From: an uncultured Oscillibacter sp.
GTDB lineage: Bacteria > Bacillota > Clostridia > Oscillospirales > Oscillospiraceae
Assembly: GCA_946551795.1 (NCBI GenBank)
Contig: CAMNRF010000002.1
Location: 1,955-65,954 of the forward strand
Direction of reading: 5' to 3'
Length of the DNA: 64,000 nucleotides
Positions 63,515-64,000 of this stretch are shown piece by piece. The translations under genes and the position numbers were made by a program. The notes beneath the pieces were generated by a model. It ran no database searches. It worked only from the letters and a program-made list of their open reading frames with translations, and was not told where the DNA came from. Position 1 is the stretch's first letter. The number at the start of each line of letters is the position of its first letter.

Positions 63515-64000
63515 TTGAGCGGCAAAGTTGTTAAAGTTTCCGGACCGCTGGTGGTGGCCACGGGCCTTGCGGACGCCAATATGTCCGACGTGGTCCGCGT
63601 TGGCCCCCAGCGTCTGATCGGCGAGATCCTGACCATGAAGGGCGACACCGCCTCCATCCAGGTCTACGAGGAGACCTCCGGCCTGGGGCCCGGGGCCGAC
63701 GTCATCACCACCGGCGCCCCCATGAGCGTGGAGCTGGGGCCCGGCATGATCGAGGGCATCTACGACGGCATCCAGCGCCCGCTGGAGAAGATCGTGGAGA
63801 AGGTGGGCGCCAACATCTCCCGCGGCGTGGAGGTCCCCGCCGTGGACCGGGAGAAGAAGTGGGAGTTCACCGCCACCGTCAAGGCCGGCGACAGGGTCAT
63901 CGGCGGCGACATCATCGGCACCGTGCCGGAGACCCCCGTGGTGCTTCACAAGATCATGGTGCCCCCCAACATGAAGGGCACCATCAAGGACATCCGGAGC
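63515..64000 (+). CDS. ntpA: V/A-type ATPase catalytic subunit A (3' truncated; absent from ORF track)
   Basis: TTG start after GAAGG. MSGKVVKVSGPLVVA..., LIGEI, IQVYEETSGL, SVELGPG, YDGIQRPL. Confidence 0.95.
   Translation, partial: MSGKVVKVSGPLVVATGLADANMSDVVRVGPQRLIGEILTMKGDTASIQVYEETSGLGPGADVITTGAPMSVELGPGMIEGIYDGIQRPLEKIVEKVGANISRGVEVPAVDREKKWEFTATVKAGDRVIGGDIIGTVPETPVVLHKIMVPPNMKGTIKDIRS

Overview
High-GC chromosomal segment of a spore-forming Firmicute. Gene content (spoIIA operon, SLH protein, T-boxes, V-ATPase) points to Clostridia, probably Oscillospiraceae-like, which is an inference. I found no rRNA, tRNA, CRISPR array, integrase or transposase. Housekeeping content includes alaS and valS with T-box leaders, comEC-holA-rnmV, spoIIAA-AB-sigF, a THF riboswitch with folT, csoR-copA, and a Na+-type V/A-ATPase operon that runs off the right end. 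The most notable observations are: (1) a sigma-54-controlled locus at 4.5-12.7 kb whose four hydrolases all come from families with D-amino-acid/D-peptide activity or linked to it, plus an APC permease, with two -24/-12 promoters flanking the activator; (2) a promoter with two LexA boxes driving a 34-aa membrane peptide and the radical-SAM/TIGR03915 pair, whose last gene overlaps sigF tail-to-tail; (3) two related multi-hairpin intergenic elements with GNA-triloop DNA hairpins, one inside the V-ATPase operon, plus a GTAG-type REP array; (4) several unexplained structured leaders (tandem mgtC, DUF6514, a THF aptamer with an extra hairpin) and a cargo gene between the Val T-box and valS. All family assignments come from motif recognition by eye; no database searches were run.
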